Shown: piece after piece, positions 44,499 through 53,234 of the stretch
Numbering within the stretch: position 1 is the stretch's first letter
Layout: each line of letters begins with the position of its first letter
Assembly: GCA_019828565.1 (NCBI GenBank)
Contig: JAHDYR010000008.1
Span: 62,001 to 126,000, forward strand
Reading direction: 5' to 3'
Source: Carpediemonas membranifera BICM
Lineage: Eukaryota; Protista; Fornicata
Length of the DNA stretch: 64,000 nucleotides
Translations under genes and position numbers: made by a program
Notes under the pieces: generated by a model
The model's input: only the letters and a program-made list of their open reading frames with translations
The model's database searches: none
Told to the model about the DNA's origin: nothing

Positions 44499-45536
44499 TC
44501 ATCCGGCTTCTCGGACGGGAGTATCAGTAGGGTCGAGGGTCGAGAGGGCGTCTATGCAGTCGCGGGCGGGACGCCAGTTGCCGTCCGAATCCCGCTCGAT
44601 CAGCGCCTCGTATAGCGGGATCGCGTCGTCGTCGTATCCCTTGAGGGCGACGGACCGGACCGCAGCGCGGAGGGCGCTGTCGGGGATCTTATGGTAGCCA
44701 TCGGCCTCGACGACGGGGTTGTACCCGTCGCACGCCTTCTGCAGGCGCAGAGTGTTAAGGCGGTGGGCCGCGTTCTGGCCGTACAGTTGGGTGCCCTTGC
44801 TCGTGATGGCCTTGAGGCGTGCACCGCGGTCGAGTGTTGGCATCAGGGTAAGGTACAGGTGAGGCAGGATGGTCCTGGCCTCGGCGCGAAGCTGGTCACG
44901 CACGGACACGGGGGCGGAGGGGGCGGCCGTTGCCGCTGACGGGAGAGAGTTGACGATTCTCGCGACATCCGCGGCCGATCGGGCCGGTTTGTCGTCCAGG
45001 GGGTTCGTTAGCGTCGCGAAGGTGAGGGTCGCATCCGGGTCCGCCTCGTGGCGGTCGTGGCTGGCCGTGCAGAGGCTGGCGAGCTTATCGTTCAGCTCGG
45101 CCTCGGCGCGGTCGTAAACAGCCTGCATCCGGCGCATCGCCGGGTCGAGAAGCGGGCTGTCCTTATAGGTGTTGGCGGCTGCAGCACAGAGCAAGAAGAG
45201 ATCGTCCTGCAGAGCGTCGATGATCGCGCGGTATCTTGCGCGGCACGACGTGGCGTGTCTGTCAGGTTCTTGCTTGGCGTGTTGTGCCTGCGAGACCACG
45301 TCAGGGATAAGGGAGTCCCAGAACGACTCGAAGGTCGGTAACGTGGAGGTGGGCCGCCATGTGGCTTGTAGAAGCTCGAGGGTCTTTGCCGTGAATGCGT
45401 GGGGGAAAGAACGGGGTCTTTTGACGTTACCGACTTCCCGTAACCAGATCTCGTACCCCGTTGTGAGGGAAGAGACGTCTATCACGGATAGACCACTGTG
45501 TGATTCTGTAGAAGCAGAATATCGATATTGTGCCAT
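44499..45536 (-). CDS. G1 Gag (start codon inside the 5' LTR)
   Basis: ATG at 45536 (MAQYRYS..); local similarity to G2 Gag (PTFESF/PTFEDF, GY..I/L, DSDG/NSDG). Confidence 0.7.
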   Translation of the reverse strand: MAQYRYSASTESHSGLSVIDVSSLTTGYEIWLREVGNVKRPRSFPHAFTAKTLELLQATWRPTSTLPTFESFWDSLIPDVVSQAQHAKQEPDRHATSCRARYRAIIDALQDDLFLLCAAAANTYKDSPLLDPAMRRMQAVYDRAEAELNDKLASLCTASHDRHEADPDATLTFATLTNPLDDKPARSAADVARIVNSLPSAATAAPSAPVSVRDQLRAEARTILPHLYLTLMPTLDRGARLKAITSKGTQLYGQNAAHRLNTLRLQKACDGYNPVVEADGYHKIPDSALRAAVRSVALKGYDDDAIPLYEALIERDSDGNWRPARDCIDALSTLDPTDTPVREAG

Positions 45537-46006
45537 TGTTGGCTTGCGCAGGTAGATCTGTTTACATAAACTGCACTGGCTCTCATGGGATATCCCCGTT
45601 GGGTAGAGCAAGTATGTCTAGAGGCTAGGACAGCTAGCTGGCGTTACATCGCGCTGACAGGTTACCTCGGGTAACGGGCCGTGAGCGGAGGGCAATGAGA
45701 TCGCCTCGCTCCGGCATGGTGATGCGCCGACCAGGCGAGCCGCGCAGTTTATGCGGGCAGAATGGTAGAAAATTCGGAACATCCAGATCCGACGGCACGA
45801 TACTGGTCAAGACCGGTATATCCGCCCAGTAGGTAAGCTGGCCGGAGTCCCCTGATCGTTTACACTAGCTCTCTTCTTTAATAAACGATCGCCCCCGTTG
45901 GGTAGAGCAAGTATGTCTAGAGGCTAGGACAGCTAGCAAATCCTTTACCCCCCTTTGGGAGTATGAGTTAGGTGGCTAGCCTAGTCTAGCCTCCAGCTAT
46001 AAAATT

Positions 46007-46078
46007 CGTCCACGCTGGGATTCGAACCCAGATCACTGGCTCCGGAAACCAGTACACTGTCCCTTATGCTACGCGGAC
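46007..46078 (-). tRNA. tRNA-Arg (anticodon CCG)
   Basis: GTCCGCG acceptor stem, anticodon arm CTGGT-TTCCGGA-GCCAG, T-arm CTGGG-TTCGAAT-CCCAG, CGTGGAC+G; TTTT Pol III terminator at 46001-46004. Confidence 0.92.
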
Positions 46079-46352
46079 ACGGCAACCCGGAGATCGTTCA
46101 GCAGAGAAGGATACGGTACCTGCTTGCTGCTTCAACACCAGACGCACTTCACAAGCCGATGGCTGCGTTTCTAGTCTGTAGACGCGCTATTGGTGAATTG
46201 TGCCTTAAAATGCGAATCTCAAAATGCCCTGAAACACCCCAACATAACCACTCCTGAGTTATAAACATCTGGCGCTACATCGTCAGTAAGGTTACCTCGG
46301 GTAACGGGCCCGGAGCGGAGGGCGATGCGATAGCCTCACTCCGGGCAAAAGG

Positions 46353-49300
46353 TGTGGTATGGATAGAACAGCTAGCGAAAGAGGTTTAATCAATTGATTG
46401 GGACACTACCCCTCTCCTCGAGGTGACGGCGCACGACGGACGTGCGGGCGGCGTCAGAGTTGGGACCCTCCCACGTGGCCTTAGCCTCAGGGAAGCCGAG
46501 CCACTTAATGAGGAGGTCGCCAGTCTCGTCGTCGACCTCTAGGACTTTCTCGACGTAATACTCCTCGTCGTCGGTAGCCGCGATGCGCAACAGTTCGGCG
46601 TCGCTGAGGGGGCCTTGGCAGATGCGGATTAACTGGCTCAGGTGGACCCGGCGGCTCTTGCCGCCAGTGAGCGGCGTGATCTCCGCTGCGTAACCGTCGG
46701 CGGCTGTGATGCGGAATGGGCCGCGGTGGCCGTGTAGCTTCGTGGGGCTCTCGTTCTTACGAAGGACCAGAGTGCCCGGCTCGATCGGGGGCGTCGGCTC
46801 TGCGGTCCTTGTCATTGCCTGCTGGCGGTTGAGGGCCTGGTCGGCGAGGATCTGGAGGTGCTCGGTGAGCGCGTCGATGTAGGAGGCTATGTCGTCCAGG
46901 GGAGTATGAACTCTACCCTCCTCCTTGGGTGCGATCGTGAAGTCGCGAGCGGAGGCATGCTTGCCCATCAAGAGAGCAATGGGTTCGACGCCGGTGACGG
47001 AGTGGACCGTAGTGTTCAGGATGTACTGGACGTATGGGACCACGGAGGCCCAGGCGTCGTAACGGTCAAACATCAGACAGAGCACACGTAAGTGTCGCTT
47101 GACTTCCTGGTTGCGTCTCTCGGCCAGGCCGTTTGACTGAGGGTGGAAAGGGATTGTCCGGTGGTACGTGACCTGCAAGCGATCAAGGAAAGCTTCTATC
47201 ATCCGATTGCGGTACTCGGGGCCGTTGTCCGAAAGGAACTCGCGAGGCACACCGTAGCGTCCGATGATGGACCAAAGTGCCAGCCCGACCGTCGTCGCGT
47301 TGTTGGAAGCTGTGGGGATGAGCTCCGTGAAGCGGGTAAACATGTCGGTTGCCACCACGATGTATCTGAAACCCTCGGAGTCGACAGGGAAAGGACCCAT
47401 GGTGTCTACAGCGATGGTCTGGAAGGGTCGGTCGCGCAGAGAAGACTGCGTTGTGGTCTTAATGAAAGCGGAGAGGCGTGCCTTAGCGCAGTACACGCAG
47501 GTTGACACGACTGCGTGCACGTCGGAGTGGAGGCCTGGCCAATCGTGCCCAAGCTGGCGGACGTTCCTGATGGTGGCCTGCTCGCCCTCGTGGTATCGGT
47601 GAGCTTCTTGCACGATCTTGCGCTTGGCGTCTTCGTCGAGCTCGGCCTCTGAGACGTTGTTGACCTGCGTGACTGTGGCCTGCGGGTTGTATCGACTGAG
47701 TGCGTCGGCCAGTGTGTTCTGCGCGCCTGCGATGTGTCTGATGACGAACTCGAACTCTTGGATCATAAGCAGCCAGCGGAGGTGCTTACGGTTTTCCTGG
47801 CCAGCCTTGGAGTGCAGGTAGACCAAGTTGCGGTGGTCCGTCCAGATCGTCAGGTCCTGGTGGACTCTAAAGATGGGCGAGAGGTCAGGCCGAGTGAGGC
47901 AGTAGATGATCGCGAACAGCTCCTGGTCGTACGTGCACCAACGCGACTGTGTGTCGTTGAAGACCTTTGAGAAGAATGACACGACGCGCCATGTGTTGTC
48001 CGAGTCAAGCTGCAGTAAGACACCGCCGATGCCTTCGAGAGAGGCGTCGGTCTCGAGGCGCCAGGGCCTGCTCTGGTCCGGATGGGCGAGGACCTCTTCG
48101 TCTGTCACGGCCTGCTTGAGCTGATCAAACAGAGCCTGAAGCGTGTCGTCCCAGTCGTTGAAGGTGTAGGGTGGGACCTTGCTGACCAAGGCCTGGAGCG
48201 GCTTGAGGCGTGTCTGGCAGTCGGGGATATAGTCACTGAGGTATGTGAACATACCGATGATCATGCGTAGGTCCTTGACCGAGTGAGGTGCGGCGAGGTC
48301 CTGCATGGATCTGACACGAGTAGGGCTCATGCGGCGGCCCTTGCCATCGACGATATCGCCGAGGATCTCGATAGACGTCGCCCCGAAGACACACTTGTCG
48401 CCGCGGAGGCGGACGTTGCGTTCCTCTGCGATACAGAGTAGGCGGTCGACGTGGTCTAGAAGCTCCTGAGGTGTCTTGGCTCGACCAAAGATGTCATCGA
48501 TGTAGTTCTTCGTACCGTCGGCGCGCACAGGGGCAAGGATTGCCTGGATGGCCCGCTGGAACTGTGACGGTAGGTTACGAAGACCAAAGGGTGCAAAGTT
48601 GTACTCTTTGAACCGGCCTGGCAGCGTTATAGCGGTGAGGTACTTGTGGTCTTCGCGTACTGGCATTTGATGAAAACCTGACCGGAGGTCACAAGCGAAG
48701 AAGTACTTGGCACCGATGAAGTCGTTGGTGAAGGTGCGGATATCTGCGAGGGGGAACCTGTCTGGTGTAGTTACCGAGTTAAGCTCGCGGTAGTCGGCGC
48801 AAAGTCGTAACTCGCTTGACTTCTTCACTACGATGACGGCTGCGGATGCCACGTGGCTGTAGGAATCGCGTACGATGCCCTGTCTGTCCATGTCGTCGAT
48901 AATCTCGTGCACTCTTTCGGCGGTGGATGCCGTGAGCGGTCGAGGGGCATGGTTGGGTAGGGGTGCGCCTGGCACGATGTCAATCGTTGCGGCGGCGATC
49001 TGGGCGCCGTCAGGGTGCAGCTCGCCGAATACCGGTGCGTGCCGGCGGATGACATCAGCCATCTCGGCTTTGAGCGGGAAGTCGCTTGCGATGCGTGTGC
49101 CAAGTGGGCCCGCGTCGTCGCTGACGATGTTGTTGACTGCGTGGAAGTCATCGGTCTGGTCGTCGGGGAGGCCTTCGTCCTCGCCGTCGTGAACTTGCGG
49201 GCGGAGGCGAAGCATGATGCCCTCGTCGGACATGAGGCCTAAGAACCACAATATATCCGAGCCGATGAGGACCTTATCGGCCCTGCCGCTGATGACGTGC

Positions 49301-50876
49301 AGGGGCCAATCGATGATCGTTCGGCGGTCGCCCAAGCGGTCCGCGACCAGCGTTGTCTCGAAGGTGCCGTGTTGCTGGAGACCTTGGTCGTCAGGGCCCG
49401 TCAGCTGGACCATGTCGGGGCCCCTCCTGCCAAACTGGGCGAGTGCGTTGGCGAGGTCCAGCGAGATGGTGGACACTACGGAGCCAGGGTCGACCGTCGC
49501 TGAGATAAGCGTGTCACCTATCGTCACTGGAATCCGGAGAAGCCGGCCCGGCGAGTAAGCGTGCTCGGCATGCTCTACGTTCTGAACGCTGCCTTGTTGG
49601 GGCTTGTTGGGGGGTGTCGGTGTGAATGGTGTGGCCTGCTTGGGGTTCTGCCTGAACTGCCAAGGACCCTTCGACGTCGATGGTTGCTGGGGCTGCTGTG
49701 GTTGTCCAGCGGCCTGTCGTTGGGGACCAACTGCCTGCGGCTGGCGTGACTGGTTCTGCTGGGCGGCTGAGGCTTGGTGTGGTGTGCGTTGAGAGGCCTG
49801 GCCCTGGCGGGGATCTTGAGGTTGGCGGCCCGCCGGTGTGGCTCTGTTAGCCTGACTCTGGCGCTTCAGCAGCCGGCACTCTTCAGTAGAGTGGCCGCCG
49901 GGACCGTGGACGCGGCAGGTCTTGCGGCCGTTGCCCGGTGTAGCGGGGACCTTGGCGCCTGCCATGGGACCGGAGGTCCTCTGGCAGAAGGACCAAGGCG
50001 TGACGATCGTCCCATCGGAGTTAGTTGGCAAAGCCAGGATGCGGTGCTGGACGTCATCGATGGTGGTGGCGCCGTCGGCGAAATCCTCGAAGGCGAGGGC
50101 GGCTTCGGTGACGTCAAAACCGCGGGTCAGCACGCGGAAAAGCGTGGATATCAGCCTCTTCTCGGTGAGGGGCGTGTAACCGTTTTCTTCTGTCGGGAAC
50201 TTGGGGTTCAGCTGGCGACAGTGCTTGCCGAAAGCTAGGAACATCTTCTGCATAGAGGTGATGTCTCCACCTGTGAGCGTGGTCCTTTCCAGGATCGCCG
50301 CCGCGCGAGCGGCTGGGTTGGCCCGCTGGGCGGGTGTCAGCTCGAAGTACGCGGTGTAGGTGAGCAAGAGGTCCGCCCGCTCGCGGAGCTCCTCCCTCGA
50401 GAGGCGCTCTGAGGCGTTGGTCGAGGTGTCTGGGGCCGTCGGTGGCGGACTGACCGCCTTGAGGGCTGCGGTGATGAAGGCCTGCTTCAGCTCGTCTGAA
50501 GCGATCGAGGCCGCTTGGGTGTCTATATCCTTGAGCTTGGCCAGGAGAGCGCTGAGCTCCTCGGCCGATTTGTCGTCGTCGTTCTTCTCGGGTTCATTCT
50601 GCTCGGAAGGCTTATGAATGGGAGGACGGATCTCTGTCTCAAAGAAGCATTGGAAATCCTCGAATGTTGGGAATCTCGTTGTCGGGATGAACGCCGCGCG
50701 GATTTCGGCTAGTTTCTCGCTCCCGAGGAAAAAGAGGATGCTAGACGGCTGCTTTTTGCTTGCAACATGAAGACGATACTCGTCTAAACGGCTGTTGCTG
50801 ACTAAAACCATGACAGTGATCACTGTGGTATGGATAGAACAGCTAGCGAAAGAGGTTTAATCAATTGATTGGGACA
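46353..50876 (-). mobile_element. G2: intact chromodomain Ty3/Gypsy element with 53-bp LTRs and 5-bp TSD (AAAGG)
   Basis: Identical LTRs at 46353-46405 and 50824-50876; AAAGG at 46348-46352 and 50877-50881; the empty site ccgggcaaaaggtgtttcg is in the second A copy (about 51186-51204); PPT at 46406-46419. Confidence 0.96.
46390..50811 (-). CDS. G2 single Gag-Pol polyprotein (Gag, Zn knuckle, protease, RT, RNase H, integrase, chromodomain)
   Basis: CRVHGPGGHSTEEC, VDPGS, DYRELN, DLRSGFHQ, YIDD, ETDAS, TDHRNL, HRYH..CVYC, SDNGPEY, HPQSNGLAER, YYVEKVL..LIKWLGF. Stop codon lies inside the 3' LTR. Confidence 0.95.
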   Translation of the reverse strand: MVLVSNSRLDEYRLHVASKKQPSSILFFLGSEKLAEIRAAFIPTTRFPTFEDFQCFFETEIRPPIHKPSEQNEPEKNDDDKSAEELSALLAKLKDIDTQAASIASDELKQAFITAALKAVSPPPTAPDTSTNASERLSREELRERADLLLTYTAYFELTPAQRANPAARAAAILERTTLTGGDITSMQKMFLAFGKHCRQLNPKFPTEENGYTPLTEKRLISTLFRVLTRGFDVTEAALAFEDFADGATTIDDVQHRILALPTNSDGTIVTPWSFCQRTSGPMAGAKVPATPGNGRKTCRVHGPGGHSTEECRLLKRQSQANRATPAGRQPQDPRQGQASQRTPHQASAAQQNQSRQPQAVGPQRQAAGQPQQPQQPSTSKGPWQFRQNPKQATPFTPTPPNKPQQGSVQNVEHAEHAYSPGRLLRIPVTIGDTLISATVDPGSVVSTISLDLANALAQFGRRGPDMVQLTGPDDQGLQQHGTFETTLVADRLGDRRTIIDWPLHVISGRADKVLIGSDILWFLGLMSDEGIMLRLRPQVHDGEDEGLPDDQTDDFHAVNNIVSDDAGPLGTRIASDFPLKAEMADVIRRHAPVFGELHPDGAQIAAATIDIVPGAPLPNHAPRPLTASTAERVHEIIDDMDRQGIVRDSYSHVASAAVIVVKKSSELRLCADYRELNSVTTPDRFPLADIRTFTNDFIGAKYFFACDLRSGFHQMPVREDHKYLTAITLPGRFKEYNFAPFGLRNLPSQFQRAIQAILAPVRADGTKNYIDDIFGRAKTPQELLDHVDRLLCIAEERNVRLRGDKCVFGATSIEILGDIVDGKGRRMSPTRVRSMQDLAAPHSVKDLRMIIGMFTYLSDYIPDCQTRLKPLQALVSKVPPYTFNDWDDTLQALFDQLKQAVTDEEVLAHPDQSRPWRLETDASLEGIGGVLLQLDSDNTWRVVSFFSKVFNDTQSRWCTYDQELFAIIYCLTRPDLSPIFRVHQDLTIWTDHRNLVYLHSKAGQENRKHLRWLLMIQEFEFVIRHIAGAQNTLADALSRYNPQATVTQVNNVSEAELDEDAKRKIVQEAHRYHEGEQATIRNVRQLGHDWPGLHSDVHAVVSTCVYCAKARLSAFIKTTTQSSLRDRPFQTIAVDTMGPFPVDSEGFRYIVVATDMFTRFTELIPTASNNATTVGLALWSIIGRYGVPREFLSDNGPEYRNRMIEAFLDRLQVTYHRTIPFHPQSNGLAERRNQEVKRHLRVLCLMFDRYDAWASVVPYVQYILNTTVHSVTGVEPIALLMGKHASARDFTIAPKEEGRVHTPLDDIASYIDALTEHLQILADQALNRQQAMTRTAEPTPPIEPGTLVLRKNESPTKLHGHRGPFRITAADGYAAEITPLTGGKSRRVHLSQLIRICQGPLSDAELLRIAATDDEEYYVEKVLEVDDETGDLLIKWLGFPEAKATWEGPNSDAARTSVVRRHLEERGSVPIN

Positions 50877-51239
50877 AAAGGTGTTTCGCCGGTCAGGCGA
50901 GTCACGCAGTTTATGCGGACAGAATGGCGCAAGGTTCGGATCCGCCGGATCCGACGGCACGGTACCAGTTACGACTGGTATACTCCTTCTCCCTCGGTAA
51001 GCGGAGAGGACTTCACGTTTAACTTACACTAGCTTCCTCGTTAACATTGTGTAAATTAAGCGCCCCCCCCCCGTTGGTTAATGAAAAGAATGTCATGAGG
51101 CTAGGATAGCTAGCTGGCGCTACATCGTCAGTAAGGTTACCTCGGGTAACGGGCCCGGAGCGGAGGGCGATGCGATAGCCTCACTCCGGGCAAAAGGTGT
51201 TTCGCCGGTCAGGCGAGTCACGCAGTTTATGCGGACAGA

Positions 51240-51794
51240 ATGGCGCAAGGTTCGGATCCGCCGGATCCGACGGCAACACGCTTAGATAAGCTAGAAGCTT
51301 CAATCAATTCCATGTCCGAAGCCCTAAACAGGCTTGCTCCTCCGCCTCCGCCAGAGAAAGAACCTGACGACGAAATGCTCGAAAGTTCCACCGTTGCTAG
51401 GTTCAATACCTCCGAATCGTTGGAGGAGGACACGATGGAGGACATAGATGCAACTCTGGCAGAGATGGACACCTTCTCGGAGTTACCAAGCAAGAGACCT
51501 CTCAAGGCAGAAGCGAAGTGGCTTCAACGCGTTGTCGTGATCACTAGTGCTCTCCCAGATTCCGCGACGAAACAACGTCTTCTTCTCGAACTACAGGCTC
51601 GTAGAATGGTCCTAGACCTCAAAGATGATAACTGGTCCGATGCCACGACCGAGCTGTTTCAGGACCTCTTCAACAGCACAGAAAGCAAGAGCAGCCGCAC
51701 CATCGCTTACTGCGCAGCGAAGGCCCGCTCTAAGGGCAGGCGTAAGGACACCAACGGTAACATGGGGGGGTTTCACAAGAAGAAGAGAACATAA
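51240..51794 (+). CDS. YR2 ORF1 (Gag-like)
   Basis: 184 aa; homologous to YR1 ORF1. Confidence 0.85.
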   Translation: MAQGSDPPDPTATRLDKLEASINSMSEALNRLAPPPPPEKEPDDEMLESSTVARFNTSESLEEDTMEDIDATLAEMDTFSELPSKRPLKAEAKWLQRVVVITSALPDSATKQRLLLELQARRMVLDLKDDNWSDATTELFQDLFNSTESKSSRTIAYCAAKARSKGRRKDTNGNMGGFHKKKRT

Positions 51795-51820
51795 CAACCT
51801 CTGTTCATCAATTCCCGTCG

Positions 51821-52763
51821 ATGAACGCGAGGTGGTGGTTATGGGAAAGGCTCGGCGCCTCGGACGAGGTGGTCGGCTGGCTCCGTCACGGCGTACCTAT
51901 CAAGCTAACAGGCACTCCCCCGCCACCCACGCCACAACGGCGCCTGGACCCACGGCTCACCCCAAAGCTCGACGAGATGGTCCGACTCGGCGTGATCTCA
52001 CCCTGTACCAGCGGGCAACTCCGGCACAGTGCCCCGCTCTTCGCGGTTGCAAAGGGCGAGCACGATGTCCGCCCGGTACACGACCTACGCGACCTCAACG
52101 CAATCACTGCGGAGACGCGGGTCTTCCGGCTCTTCGGCCTAAAACGAGCAGTGCGCAACCTCAAGCGCAACGACTTCATGCTCAAGATCGACTTAGCCTC
52201 CGGCTACCACCAGATGGGTGTGGCTCCGACCGACTCCACGCTACTGGGGATCGTCCTCCCCGAACGGGCAGGCGTACAGATACAACACACTAGGGTTCGG
52301 CTGGACCGCTGCCCCGTTCGTGTTCCAGTCTACGTCCATCCAGCTAGCAAAGATACTCGCGAACCGCTTCAACGTGACAATAGCGGTGTACCTCGACGAC
52401 TTTCTCATCTCACATCGGTCACGTCGCCACCTAGCAGACGCCGCTCCCCAAATAGTCGCGCTCATGAGGTCGCTGGGAGCTATCCCAGGGCTCAACAAGT
52501 GCATCCTAACTCCCACACAACGCCTGGAGTACCTAGGAGTCACCATCAACACAGCCGCCGAGACACTGCAGATTTCCAAGGACAGAGCCGATCGCTATGC
52601 AACATCAATCGAGCAGGCCCTCAGGGCCGGCAGGATCGATGCAACCGAGTGGCAACGCCTACTAGGCCGCCTCTCGTTCTTCGCAAGTACGACACAGTTC
52701 GCCAGGCTCCAGCTCAGATCACTCCAGGCCCTACATCCCGCCCCGACGCTTCACATCTCGCAG
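51821..52763 (+). CDS. YR2 RT, 5' part (frameshift near 52260; interrupted by insertion)
   Basis: RPVHDLRDLN, KIDLASGYHQ, LGFGWTAAP, VYLDDFL. Confidence 0.88.
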
Positions 52764-53234
52764 TTCACCAATGATTTCAGCAAAGTGGAAACACTTCGAT
52801 CATGGATGGACAAGGACCAACAGGCCTGGCCTATATGGATAGGGCAGTGCCCCATGGAGCTCAGAAGGAGCGGCCTTGGCCTCCTGTCTGAACATTCAAG
52901 GGTTGCTATCAGGGCATACCGCTGGGCGCGAGTGGGAGCTCCACGCCCATACCAAGGAATCAAAGTGTCTTCATGGAACGTATGTTTACAAGGAAAAGGA
53001 AAACAACCGTCGAGGGCCAGTGCTAGCACCGGCGGCTACATGGTTTTGTCAAGACCACAAGGAAGGAAGGGCAGCACAAAAGGGAAACAGGGGCCGTCGA
53101 TAGAGGCTAAAAAGGAGACTACGAACAAAGCAACAACAACTACACAGAAAGGCCCCGCTACTCAGAAAAGGGCGACGCATTTTTAGGACCGCGCCTTTTT
53201 GAAAGAATGGCCTATATAGTACGGAGCATGGACA

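Larger units (their letters stand above)
41566..45585 (-). mobile_element. G1: chromodomain Ty3/Gypsy LTR retrotransposon with 57-bp LTRs and 4-bp TSD (TGGG)
   Basis: Identical TG..CA LTRs at 41566-41622 and 45529-45585; TGGG at 41562-41565 and 45586-45589; PPT GAGGAGGGAAG at 41623-41633; RT YVDD, RNase H TDAS/TDHK, integrase, chromodomain. Confidence 0.95.
37937..45937 (+). mobile_element. YR1: PAT-like (DIRS order) tyrosine-recombinase retrotransposon with split direct repeats A1-ORFs-B1-A2-spacer-B2; carries Gypsy G1
   Basis: A1 37937-38095 = A2 45639-45797 (159 bp). B1 45594-45638 = B2 45893-45937 (45 bp). Encodes gag, RT-RNaseH-MT and YR. Confidence 0.92.

Noticed and set aside
45639-45655. 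A-repeat start TGGCG(T/C)TACATCG as a PBS for the neighbouring tRNA-Arg
   Set aside because: Only 6 nt match the expected TGGCGTCCACG. Another tRNA cannot be excluded without the genome's tRNA set.
52218-53186. Novel RT fusion protein
   Set aside because: Chance in-frame read-through across the insertion junction at 52763/52764.
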